From a virus: a stretch of 64,000 bases of DNA. The stretch lies in the IMG/VR virus record IMGVR_UViG_3300017963_000003, positions 96,001 through 160,000 of that record. One strand, given 5' to 3'. Positions 44,623 through 56,158 of the stretch are shown one piece after another; within the stretch, counting starts at the first letter, position 1; the number at the start of each line of letters is the position of its first letter. The position numbers were made by a program, and so were the translations under genes. The notes under the pieces are model-generated. The model worked only from the letters and a program-made list of their open reading frames with translations, made no database searches and was not told the DNA's origin.

Positions 44623-47055
44623 CTATCGTTCCCGAATGTAATCGCAGTACTCCGAGTACTCCAACCGGTCCGTGTGGTCCACGTCGTCGTCCGGGTCGAG
44701 CAGACGCTCGAAGAACTCGACGATGTTGACCGATCCCTCGACCTCGATACCCTGGTTGATTGCGTCGAGGATCTGCTCCTTTTCCTTGATCAAACCGATC
44801 AGATCCGAATCGAACGTCCCCTCGGCGTACAGCCAGTAGGAGTTGACAGAATCGGCGTCCGTACCAAGTCGGTGACACCGCGATTCAGCCTGATACAACG
44901 TAGCGGAATTCCACGGAAATTCGACGAACGCCACGTTGCTCGCCGCCTGCTGCAATCCGTCGAGTCCGGTACCGGCAGCCTGAATCGACGCCACCATAAC
45001 GCGGCACGAGGGATCGTCCTGGAACCGCTTGACCTCCGCTGCGCGGGTGGAGTCGGAATCTCCCCCTCGGATCTTGGCCGGGCATGCACACGCCAACGCG
45101 GCATGCAGACGATCCTGCACGTCCCGATGGTGGGCGAACACGACGATCTTCTCGTCGGACCCTTCCAGGAACGACTTGATCCACTCGATGCACGATTGGA
45201 TCTTGTGGGCCACGACGATCTGCTTCAGCCCCTCGATCCGTACCAGAGCCTCGGCCGTGTATTCGGAACGCGATGTACTCGCGTCTCCGCGCTTCGCCGC
45301 CATCCACCCGATCAGATCCTCCAGGCCGCGACGATACACCTCGATACGATCCAGCTCGACCGGGATCTCGGTACGCTGAAGGGCGGGGAGTTCTTTCGCC
45401 ACGTCTTTTTTCTCGCGCCTGACCATGCACTTGGATCGCAGGTGCGCCGCGAGATTGTCCAGGTTGCTCGCCCCTTTCATATCCCAATACCCGTTGATCT
45501 TCTTGGCATCGCAGTACGTCTTGACGAAACCCCAGAATCCACCGAGATCGTCCAGGCGATCCAGGAACGACAGCTGGTTGACCAACTCGACCGGACGATT
45601 GAGGATCGGGGTAGCAGTCAGCGCGAGCTTGTACACGACCGACGGCAGCCTCCCCAGCTCGATAACAGCCTTCGACCGTTGGGCCTTACGGCTCTTGATA
45701 TAGTGCGACTCGTCGAGGATGATGGTCTGGAACGGGATCGTGAGGAGCTTGTCCAGGTGCTTCGTGAGCACATCGTAATTGATCACGAGGTAGTCAGCGC
45801 GATACGCATCGTCACCCGAGATCTTACCCCCGTTGAGAATCCTCACGGATCGCGACGGGAGCCAGCGGCGCACTTCGTTCGCGAAGTGATGCTTCGTCGC
45901 CTTCGGACAGATGATCAACGCGGGGAACGCGTCCGCCACGTGCGGGACCAGGATCGACTGAGGGGTTTTCCCGAGTCCGGTATCATCCCCGAGGATCGCC
46001 CGCTTGGCGTCGAGGCAGTAGGCGATCCCGGCAGCCTGGAACGGGTAGGGAGCCAATCCCTCGGCCACCCCCTGCACGTCCAGATCCGCGCTCGCCGCGC
46101 TGCTAGCCGCGATCCGCGCCTTCGCCTCCTCGCCCTGGGCGTCCAGCCTGGCGCGGGTGGAGTCGGACATTGTCCAGCTGTACCGCTCGGCCAGGGCGAG
46201 CACCGCGTCGGACGCCATGGCGTCCAGCGGGCAGGTGTTGACCTTGCGCTGACCATCCCAACGTCGTCCAGGGATCTGGCGCATCGCCTCGACCGCAGCA
46301 GGATCGTAGGGGGTGCGCAGGACGATCTTGCCCTTCTCGATCTGGACGTTGTCGGGGGCCTCGGCCTGGGCCTTGCGCGAAGCTCGGTCGGCGCGCTCGA
46401 TCCCCTCGTCGACCTTGGCCCGGTCGGCGTCACGGATCGCGAACTCGAACCGGTCCAGGATCGCGGGGACCTCGGCCAGGCCCGCACCGACGACCTCCCA
46501 CCGGCAACGTCCACCGTTCCACTTACGGACCTTCCAATCGATAGCCTTGATCGCATCGATCAGGTCAGAATCGCGCGGGGAGTAGAAGGCGATCCCCTCC
46601 AGGATCTTCCCTCGGATCTCGATGGTCCCGGTCCACTCGGCCCAATAGAGCCGCTTGCCGTAGTGCTCGCGGAGATCCTCACGGGTAGCCTCGCCGCGCC
46701 CGTAGCGCTCGCGCAGCTGCTCACCTTCGATCCGCCCGGCCTTGGTCTTGAGGGACTTGCGCCGCTTGGCCGGGGTAGCGTCCCCGCCCCACTCACGCGG
46801 CGGCACGGTCAGCTCGGAGTACGTGATCCCGAACCCGCTGAGCTGCTTGGAGTACTTCTTGAGCATGCGATGGACTTCGAAACAGGTCTCGCGATCCCAC
46901 GAGGACTCGTCGACCAGGGCAATCGAGCGACCGAACGACGTATCGCTGGAATTGAACCCCATCCGGTCGTCTTCTCGCGCACCGTCGCAGACGACAGCGA
47001 GACTCATGGCGGCCTGGCGAAGCTCCGTGGCGATGCTGAGAAGATCGTTGTCCAT
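44623..47055 (-). CDS. SNF2/SMARCAL1(HARP)-like SF2 helicase, 810 aa
   Basis: PYPFQAAGI Q-motif, DDTGLGKT, LIICP, ILDESH, LTATPILN, MVRREKKDV, QAESRCHRLG. N-terminal segments IDAIKAIDW-RKWNG..RWEV and EAMRQIPGRRWDG.RKVNT resemble HARP domains. Confidence 0.88.
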   Translation of the reverse strand: MDNDLLSIATELRQAAMSLAVVCDGAREDDRMGFNSSDTSFGRSIALVDESSWDRETCFEVHRMLKKYSKQLSGFGITYSELTVPPREWGGDATPAKRRKSLKTKAGRIEGEQLRERYGRGEATREDLREHYGKRLYWAEWTGTIEIRGKILEGIAFYSPRDSDLIDAIKAIDWKVRKWNGGRCRWEVVGAGLAEVPAILDRFEFAIRDADRAKVDEGIERADRASRKAQAEAPDNVQIEKGKIVLRTPYDPAAVEAMRQIPGRRWDGQRKVNTCPLDAMASDAVLALAERYSWTMSDSTRARLDAQGEEAKARIAASSAASADLDVQGVAEGLAPYPFQAAGIAYCLDAKRAILGDDTGLGKTPQSILVPHVADAFPALIICPKATKHHFANEVRRWLPSRSVRILNGGKISGDDAYRADYLVINYDVLTKHLDKLLTIPFQTIILDESHYIKSRKAQRSKAVIELGRLPSVVYKLALTATPILNRPVELVNQLSFLDRLDDLGGFWGFVKTYCDAKKINGYWDMKGASNLDNLAAHLRSKCMVRREKKDVAKELPALQRTEIPVELDRIEVYRRGLEDLIGWMAAKRGDASTSRSEYTAEALVRIEGLKQIVVAHKIQSCIEWIKSFLEGSDEKIVVFAHHRDVQDRLHAALACACPAKIRGGDSDSTRAAEVKRFQDDPSCRVMVASIQAAGTGLDGLQQAASNVAFVEFPWNSATLYQAESRCHRLGTDADSVNSYWLYAEGTFDSDLIGLIKEKEQILDAINQGIEVEGSVNIVEFFERLLDPDDDVDHTDRLEYSEYCDYIRER

Positions 47056-47099
47056 GTTGCCCTCCGGGTTGCGCGAGTCGGTCAGAACCCGCTAGCCTA

Positions 47100-50000
47100 T
47101 GCTGCCAATATAGCATAGGCTCACCCCGCTGTCAAGCCCTTTCTCCCTACTCGATACCCGTCGTGAGCCGACCGACCTCATTCCCGTATCCGTACCTGGA
47201 CGGCACGTGTACACGGATCTCCACCCCGTCGACCGTGAACAACTCGCGATCCAGGATCTCGCGCACCTCACGGATCAGATCCGCTTCGTTGTCGTCCTCA
47301 TAGGGATTCCACGCCAACGGCACCTCGACCGTCGGCCGGTTCCAGTTTTCGTTCCCTCTCCGATCCTTGTCCGGTTCCGGGCACCAGACGATGTGCGCCA
47401 TACGCACGTCGTCCTCGTCCCCCACGCCGCGCCGAACACGCACGTCCACGTGCACGGGAGGATGGAGGCGCTCCGACTGGTTGAACACGTCGATGGCCCG
47501 CTGGATACGGTCACGTGTCTCGGAGATTGACGACAGCAACCTCTGCACCGACTCCACGACGTAGGTGCGCGGGCTGTCAGTACCGTCGTCCTCGTGACCA
47601 CCCGCCTCGACAATCAGGTCAGCGGGGATCTCCCGGAGTGTCTGCTCGGACAACGCATCGACCTCCGCTGTGAACTCGCGCAGCATCTCGGGAGTGATCT
47701 CCGCTAGCGGGGTCTCTCTGATCGTCCGATGGAAACGACCCCTCAACTTCGTCGCCGGGGTAGCTCTACTGAACCGGAACGAGCCTTCCTGAGCGGCACC
47801 CACGATCCACGTGAGCCACTTGCGGAGCGTAAACGATCCGTCATACGCGGGACGACCGGGACGGTCGAGATCGTACTCGCGCTCCTGGCGCTCGTGAGAC
47901 TCCTTGAACGCGCGGGCGCAACCCGGACAGCGACCCTCCCCAGTGCGGTCCTCGCGGATCTTCACCTCGCGACCCTCCAGGAGAGAGATCCCGTCGAGCT
48001 TCTTTTCGATGAACCGCTGAGCCGCCGCCTTCGAGTCGTGCTTGCATTGCGCGAGCGCCCGGTGACGGATCTTGTCGGAGACCTCTCCGATCTCGCAAAG
48101 GGGAGTACCGTCGACTTCGATGAGACACTTGATACGCTTGGAACCCATGTTGCCCTCCGTGTCGCCGGCCAGCGGTCATCACCAGCCTGATAAACCCAGC
48201 TTACCACCCTTTGCAGCCGGTGTCAAGCAAAAAATGACACCCGGCTAACTATTCCCGGTCGAGGCGACCCAGCTCCTTCGCTCGCGGTCCCTCGTTACGT
48301 CATACACGGCATCGTACACGTCCTCGATCATCGCCTGTAACGCGAGCTGGCACACGATACCAGGGGTCCCCGCAGACGTATCGAGATCCATGCTGCCAAT
48401 ATCCATCGAATAGAGATTGTTACTCGCGCCCAGGATCGTCAACGAGAAGCGATAGTTCAGCTGACGATCCGACGAGAACGGGGTCGAATGGATCGCATCC
48501 TCGACGATCCCCAAGCCCTCGCCCTCGAAGTCCGCATCGAACCCCGCTGCGATCAGTCCCTTAGCCAGATCCGTGACCACCTCGAAATACTCCTCGGAAC
48601 CCATCGGTGTCATCTCAGCCTCCCTGGTAGCGATCCCTCTATGTCTAACGACGCCAGTGGTCGAAACGAGATTTCGCGCGCTCGACCACATAGGTCGTCG
48701 GTGTCCAGCTCCGTGCGCAATCGTCGCACACCAGGCGACCCGTGCCGAGCGCGGTAGGAGATCCCTCGTTGGTCTCGACGAGATCCCCGCGCTCCACGCA
48801 GCCGCGCTCTACACGATCCACCTCGAAGGTCCGCACGACCCTCTCCACGTAGAGCAGTCGGCCCCCGCAGTCCAGGCACACCGGGCGTGAGCTAGGCATC
48901 GTCCCCTTCCTCCTCGTCGTCGGCGTTCCGGTCGTCATCTTCCTGGCACCAGCGGCAGATCCGGTTCCCATCGGCATCCGTGAAAGACAGCTTCTCGCCG
49001 CCCTCCTCGGCCGGATCGATGATCCCGTCGCACCGCTCGCATCGGTCGCAGAAACAATCCTCACAGAGAACGGTCGTGAACACGATCCCGATCCCGCCGT
49101 CGCCATGGTAGGCGTTCTCGTCGTGGAGAGCGCCAGACGACAGAGATCCCTCGCGGGGATAGGTGCGCTCCCCGCAGTACGAGCACTCGTAAAACATCTT
49201 GTTACGACCGAGAATCTTGTTCACCCTCGCGCACACACGCCCGACGTTGGTCGGGTTGTTCTCACGGGCGAACTCCAGGATCGAAGCGTTGTCGCGCAGA
49301 TCGTACACGTAGACCCCGCGCTCGTCATCGGCGCTCGCGGCGACCCGACGGGCTTCGTCGGGATCGGTGATCCCCTTGTAGCCCGACGATGCGACGTCTG
49401 CGAACTCCCCGTTGTCCCCCAGGAGAAAAAAATTCCACTCCCAGATACAACCATCGTACCCGCCACCCTTGTACTGTACCAGTTTCATCGCGTTGCCCTC
49501 CGTGTTGTCGCCAGCGAGTCACCGCCAGCCTGATAAGCCCAATCTATCATACCCGGAGCCGGGTGTCAAGCAAAAAATGACACCTATCTCGACCTGACCT
49601 CGGCATGGCGGAACTCGTACCCCCTCAGCAGACCCTCTTGGTACGCCAACTCAAGATCGTCGTCGTCCGAGTAACGATAGTACACGCACGGACCATCACC
49701 ACCAAGCCAACGAGCATACGAGAGATTGGACCGGACCTGCATAGCCGCATAGAGCAGCTGACACTCCTCGCAGCCGCAGAGGATCATCACGCGCCTCCGG
49801 GTCCGTCGGATTCGACCGCCAGAGACACCTCGACCACACCCCCGGAGAACAGAACGTGCAGCTCCGCGAACTTGTTGATCGCAGCAGCACGTTCGTCGCA
49901 CACGATCTCCACGACCGCCGACTCGGAATCCCCGTAGACGACGATCTGGATCTGCGCCACCCGCGATCCGTCGCTGAGCGTTCCCTCCACGAGACGAAGT

Positions 50001-53000
50001 TCGATCTCCGGTTGCGGTCGGGATCGCTCGATGCACTTGGACATGTTGGGTCACCTTTCTCCTCTAGCGCCCCTAGTTGTCGGACAGCCCAGCCTCGTCG
50101 AGCATGTCCGAGACGAGGTAACGCACCGCATGGATCTCGATCTCGGTCGGCAGCTGTCCCGCGACGACGTCGAGTGCCATCGCCTTGATCGCATGGACGC
50201 GTTGAGGGCGGCTCATATAGCGCCAGGTTGACCGACCCCCGACAGCAGCGATGGTCCCCTTAACGAATCCCCGGACCTGCTCTCTGTCCCAGTTGCGATT
50301 GTCCATGCCGCCCTCCGTGTCGCCAGCCAGCGGTCATCGCCTGCCTGATAACCCTAAGCTACCACATCCGGAGCCGGAAGTCAAGCAAAAAATGACACCC
50401 CGTCGCTGCTAATCCCCCTCGACCTCGTTCAGCAGCTCCGTGTAGGCTGCGCCGCCGAGCAGGAACGACAGCTCGCGCACCTGATCCACGCACTCGCGGA
50501 ACGTGCGCTCGGCCCGGCGAGAATCGGTGTCGAATCCGATATTCTCCGCCCACTCCTCGAACGAATCGACGTCCTCGACATACCTGCAATCGCTGGCCAG
50601 GCACTCCAGGACCCCGTCCACCGTCGGAGGACCCTTGATCCCGGTCCCCTGGGAGAACGGCACTTCCATGCGCTTGCCGCCCACCACGAGGGTACACAGG
50701 TAGTGGTTCGCCTGCCACCTCGGATCGGAATCCATGTTGGGGTTGGAGTCGGCGTCCTCTACCGTCATCTCGATCTCGTGCTTCTCGACGAATTCTTCGA
50801 AGTTCATACTGCCCTCCGTTTCCTCAGCCTCTCAAGCCCAACTATACCACAGGCTCACCAGCCTGTCAAGCAAAAAACTACACCCTAGCCGATCTCCCGG
50901 ACCCACCGACCCCTGACCGTGGAACCGCAATGCTTGCACACGTGCTCCTCGTCGTCTTTCCAGACGTCCAAGAGCACCGCTCCCGCGTTGGGAGTGCCGA
51001 AATCAGACAGAGGAGCCTCCAGCGGATCGGCCCCGTACCCGTCATCACCCCTATCGTACACGAGGATGCCTTCGTAATAGGGGATCTCGTCGGCGTCGAG
51101 CAGACGGAACCGGACACGGACGAGACGATCCTCGGGCAGCGCGGCGAACCGGGCCTTGACGTCATCGTACTGACTCGGCCCGCAGATCCCCACGTTGTAA
51201 CCCTTGGTGGGATCGTCGTCGGAGGTCGGAGTATTTCCCTCTTCGTTCTCGATGAAGTCGTGCGTGATCTCCCAGATGTGGTTGATCTCTTCCGGCGGGA
51301 CGTCGCCTTTGCTCCAGTACATACTACCCTCCGCACGTGGGGAGCGACGTCTCCACGGAGATCGCCACCACCGCACTCGTGTCGAACTCATTGACGTGCA
51401 CGAGCTGCCCGATCCTGGGGAACAACTCGATCTTCTCGTCGTCGGTGCAGACGACCGTCCGGTGAACGGTCTCCCCGTTGGCGAGCTTGACGGTGAGATC
51501 GTGGATGCGTGTGGTGCGCTCGAACCGGTGACCCGCGCAGCCGTCCTCCTCGATGGGGTTGCCGCACATGAGGCAGCAGGGGTCCACGGTGTCGTCCAGC
51601 AGCGGGCTACGGTACCCGCAGCGCCAGCAAAGAACCGAAACGATGGTGTTGAACGTCATTGCTGCCCTCCGTTGTCTGGACCAGCGGTCATCGCCTGCCT
51701 GATAACCCTAAGCTACCACATCCGGAGCCGGAAGTCAAGCAAAAAATGACACCCCTAGTCGCCGTCCTCTATCGCCGCGAGCAGATCCGACCCGCAACTC
51801 GGACAACGAAACTCCCCCGGCCGCTCCCCCAGACGTTCGTCGTCAGTTCCGGTCTCGAAACACTCCCCGCACTCCCAGGTATCCTTGTCGAAGAACTCGG
51901 TACCATCCCACGAAGGATCGTCCTCGGGATTTGCGATCTCCTCGGTCCTCGCCACCGAGCAGTACGCCGCACCCTCTTCAGCCTCCCGCGCCAACGCGGA
52001 GATCTCGAAAAGGTTGGGATCGGTCACCTCGGGGTCCGTCCAGATCACGATGGTTGTTTTCTGTAGCTTCCGCATGACCTACCTCTCCGCGTAGACGACC
52101 CGGTCCAGGCCCATGCTGTCCTCGGAGATCCGGGCAGTTGTGTTGAGCCGAGCCTCTCCGCGCTCCTCGATAACAGCGGGGCAGCGGCGACCGTACATGC
52201 CGCGCCCCGAATACATGTAATCGACCTTGAAGAACTGCTCCTCGGCGTCGTCGACGAACTGTTGCTGGTTCTTGGACAGTTCGTACCGGGGGCTCGGCTC
52301 CATCTGGCCCGCGTCCCGGATCACGTCTTCGAACGTGGTTCCGTCGAAGTCGTTCACGAGCGAGGAACCTTGCACAACGAGACCAGGACCGCTCGGCCCC
52401 GCGTCATCTGCCGCATAGAGTAGATCGACGAGGAAATCGGCAAGAAGCTCCTTGGCCTTATCTGGACTGAGACGTTCTCTCATAGCTACCCTCCGTGGTT
52501 GAGACCGGTTGTCATCGCCAGCCTGATAGCCTACCGTACCATACCCGGAGCCGGGTGTCAAGCAAAAAAGGACACCCCTACCCTTCGTCCTCGGAGAGGG
52601 TCAACCCGTCCATGACCCCCAGGGTCTCAATGCACTCGAACGCCGACCGAGACATACTGTCCTCGATGTATTTCCGATTCTTCGACAACCACTCCTCTGC
52701 CTCTTCCCGGGACAGGTCGAAGAGCTGCTGAACGTCCTCTGCCGCGAAAGTAGAGGAAGCGATTACTTTATCCGAATGGTCACCCACGTTACCCTCCATG
52801 CTGCCGACACCAACACAACACCCGCTACAGAGTATCGAAGTCTATCTCCTCCCCGAACTTGACGACCGTGATCGGCTCACCTTCGCTACGTCGGATCTCG
52901 ATTCCCTCGCGAGTCACGACGTACAGATACTCAATGTCTCCGTGAAGTTCCGTACACAAACCGTGCCCCAAAAACTTGCCACGATTGATGTGCGCCTGGA

Positions 53001-54775
53001 GATCCTCTTCCGATTTGGTTGACCAGTAGGAACCCGGCTCCCGGTACGTCTCCTCGTTGTGCGCCTGATAGTCCGCAATGAGCTTCGCGCAGAGGTGGGC
53101 GATCATGTACTCCTCGTCCCATCCGCGCCACTTCAAAAACTCTTCGCAGATCGGCTTGAGCGCCGCTACGACCCCGTTCTTGGTGCCGGGGTAGCCATCG
53201 CTGTGACGGTAGAGGTAGACGGGGTTCCCTTCGACCTGGATCTGACATCTGGTGCTCATGTTGCCCTCCGTGTTGTGAGCCAGCGGTCATCGCCAGCCTG
53301 TGAAGCCCATCCTACCACAGCCGAGAGCAGGTGTCAAGCAGAAAATGACACCCTACCGGCTCGTTCTCTTCTCGTCCTCTTCCTCCAGGATCTCTTCGAT
53401 TTCGTCCATGACGCACGCAGAGCATTTGTCTCCGGAGCGGATAATGACCCGCGCCCCGCAAACCAAGCACTGATCCAGATCCTCTTCACAGGTATCGAAC
53501 GGATCACCCGCTGCATCCAGGATCTCCCCGTCGCGTTCGATCTGAGCCACACGATCCTTGAGAGCCTTGAGCAGCTCCGAGGCTGTCACCTTCTCCGACG
53601 GGTTCAACGTGTACAGCTCGAAACCTATGGTGTACCCGTGGTTGTAGTAGGTGTAACGCTTTTCGTCCAGGTGAGAGTGGATTTCCGCCCCGCAGATGGG
53701 GCAATCTGCCGCTTCACCCTCCGGTACCATGATGGTGTCCTCGTTGCCGCACTCGTCGCACGTACACTCGATGAGTCTCTTCTCAGCCATGACGCCCTCC
53801 GTTGTTGAGACCAGCGAGTCACCGCCAGCCTGATAACCCTAAGCTACCACATCCGGAGCCGGAAGTCAAGCAAAAAATGACACCCTAGACGGGGCAGTCC
53901 TGAACAACGTCCTCGGCCTGCTCACGACGGTCTTCGATCCACTGGTCTACCCCCTCGGAGCGGGCCTCTTCGATCTGGTCTTCCTCACTCATCCCGGCAT
54001 CGCGCTCTCGGGGATCGATCTCCACGTCGCTCTCGTCGAAATCATCCGCAAACGATCCCGCCAACTCAGACGCCGCGCTCTCGATCTCCGAGGCCCAGCT
54101 GTCCAGCTCGTTTGCCTTCTCCTCGCACTCATCGGCAGTAGGGGAGTCGGAGAAGGTGTCCCGAATGTTGTCGCATGACTCCTGGTACTCCTCGGAGACC
54201 TCGCGAACAGTCTCCGCGAACCGGTTGAGTATCTCCTGGAGGTCCGCCGCGTCCTCGTCGCACCACTTGCCGATCTCTTCGAGCGCGTCTTCCTGGGCGT
54301 CGTAGACGATCCCCATCTTCGACGACGTCATCTCGCTCGGACGGAACTGACAGAACTCGCAGCGAACCTTCTTGCCTCCGTACCGGGGCTTGATCCACTT
54401 GTAGGGATCACCGACCTTGATCTCCTTGTCGCAGCGACCACACCGTCCCTGATCCTTGCGTGCCTTCTGGACGTGGTTGATCCTCATAGCTCCTCCCTTA
54501 CAGAATCTCCCGATCCCCTCGAACCAAATGGCCGATTGTCTACTTGAGACGGGCCAGCTTCTTCTCGATCAGCTTGAGGCGCAGCCGTTCGAGACGCTTG
54601 GACAGGGCGGCGCGCTCTACCCCATCGCGGGTGGTAGCGATCTTCTCCTCCAGCACCTTGATTCTCTTGTTCAGCTTCATGTTGCCCTCCTTGTTGCCGC
54701 TCGGCGTCACCCGAGCCTGATAAGCCTAATCTATCACACCCGGAGCCGGGTGTCAAGCAAAAAATGACACCCTAG
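47100..54775 (-). repeat. Leftward cassette array: nine copies of (GGTG/GAAG)TCAAGCAAAAAATGACACCC promoter-operator repeats plus one partial copy
   Basis: Copies near 48219, 49562, 50378, 50863, 51731, 52554, 53330, 53862, 54749. A 58-bp block is identical at 50343, 51697 and 53828. On the minus strand each reads TTGAC(A/T)-17nt-TAGCTT/TAAGCT/TAGATT type -10, then CGGAGGGCAAC-ATG. Confidence 0.92.
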
Positions 54776-54963
54776 TCAGTATCGGAATCTCGGGCCTGTT
54801 GGAGGGAGCGGCAGCTCGCACAGATGCAGTCAGGGGATTCGTAAATGTCCATCTCGGGGTTGGGGGACTCCAGCTCGACTGTTCGACCGCAAGAGGTGCA
54901 CAGGAAGACAATGCGTTTATCCACCACAGGGATTCTGTACTTCGTGAACGTGAACTCAGGCAT
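47147..54963 (-). CDS. About 19 early hypothetical genes in leftward cassettes (e.g. 47147-48148, 48892-49488, 50409-50807, 50885-51322, 52079-52483, 52825-53259, 53353-53790, 53885-54487)
   Basis: Acidic and Zn-finger small ORFs, most starting immediately after the GGAGGGCAAC RBS. Confidence 0.7.
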
Positions 54964-55022
54964 GTTGCACCTTGGGCCTCATCGTAACAAAGGATGGATC
55001 GGTGGTCTAAAAATCTACCTTG

Positions 55023-55793
55023 CTACTTCACGGCAGCCCCCAGACCCGCGTGCATGGCGATGAAACGGGATAGGTACTCTCCGGCCAGGTGATGACCATC
55101 CCCGGTGTGGTACTGCGGTTGCTTGACCGTACGCTCCTCGACCTCGACCTCCCGCTTCGCCAGCCAGGAATCCGCAACGTGATCCTCGTTGATCGCCAGA
55201 GCAGTTGACTCGTGGTTCTCCTGCTGCGGTGCGTTCTCGCGCTCCTCTTTCCACCGACGAGCGAGTCCGGTCACGATCCCAAAACACATCTCGGACTTGG
55301 CCGTCTCCGTGTAGGACTCGAACGTCGGCCACGCCTTCGCCTGGAGCGGATGCTTCTCCCAGAGTTCACGACGCACCGTGTAGGAATCGGCGGCGCGCTG
55401 GATCTCGTTGAGGCACGATTCGAACCCATGCGCGGCGATCTCCGAGACGGTCTTGATCCCGTAGTAGGTCAGCTGACCGTCCTGATGCGGTGTGGCCTCG
55501 ACGTAGTGGACTCGCGTGGAGAAGTAGTCAGCCACGCTGATCGCCAGGGACAAGACCCACTTGTCCGGCACCTTGAGCGCCAGGGTCACGACGGTCTCCC
55601 CACCGGGACCGTCCTCGACGAACACCCCCTCAAGCTCGTGCTGCTCGATCCCGTACTGGAGCATGAGCTTCTTGGCGGTCTCCATGGCGGCATCGGCCTC
55701 GTGGTCAACCCCGTCCGCATCGGGGATCGGATGCTGCGCCCGGTTGACGAGTCCCCGAATCTTCGAGATGATCCTGTCGCGCTTAGCAGGCAT
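55023..55793 (-). CDS. DUF2786-like protein
   Basis: RIISKIRGLVNRA...HEADAAMETAKKLMLQYGI. Confidence 0.7.
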   Translation of the reverse strand: MPAKRDRIISKIRGLVNRAQHPIPDADGVDHEADAAMETAKKLMLQYGIEQHELEGVFVEDGPGGETVVTLALKVPDKWVLSLAISVADYFSTRVHYVEATPHQDGQLTYYGIKTVSEIAAHGFESCLNEIQRAADSYTVRRELWEKHPLQAKAWPTFESYTETAKSEMCFGIVTGLARRWKEERENAPQQENHESTALAINEDHVADSWLAKREVEVEERTVKQPQYHTGDGHHLAGEYLSRFIAMHAGLGAAVK

Positions 55794-56158
55794 CGGTTCC
55801 CTCCTCGACCGCACTCAGCCGAGATTCTAAAAAGCATACCCGCTCCTCCAGCTCATCGAGACGATCCAAAAGTGCACCATAAGGAGAACAATCCCGGCAT
55901 AGTCCTTCCCCGTCCAAGTCTTCGTAGTAGACCCTGCACCGGCACTTGCTGCAACGATCACTCATCGTGATCCCCTACGTACCGGACGAACGTGACTGCT
56001 GCACAGCCATCCCGGTGACAGCGCACATTCACCGCATCCCCTCGACGCGCACACCAACCGTCCACCTCGAAGGGCTTGACCATCTCCTCAACCACCGCCT
56101 CGCGCTCCTCTTTCTTGTATCGAATTCGCGCTTGATAGGTTCCGATTTGTACCCGGAG

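Noticed and set aside
44428-47118. 896-aa plus-strand ORF
   Set aside because: Fully overlaps the helicase on the opposite strand and has no recognisable motifs; a GC-rich shadow frame.
53205-53220. 14/16 match between the spacer at 30149-30185 and the VYLYRH-encoding gene (possible self-targeting)
   Set aside because: Too short. A rough estimate gives several such matches by chance across all spacers and both strands, and the rest of the spacer does not align. At most it hints at a homologue in another phage.
34480-54775. A true integron or a second CRISPR array
   Set aside because: No integrase in the window, the cassettes carry their own promoters, no GTTRRRY core pattern was seen, and repeat spacing is gene-sized and irregular.
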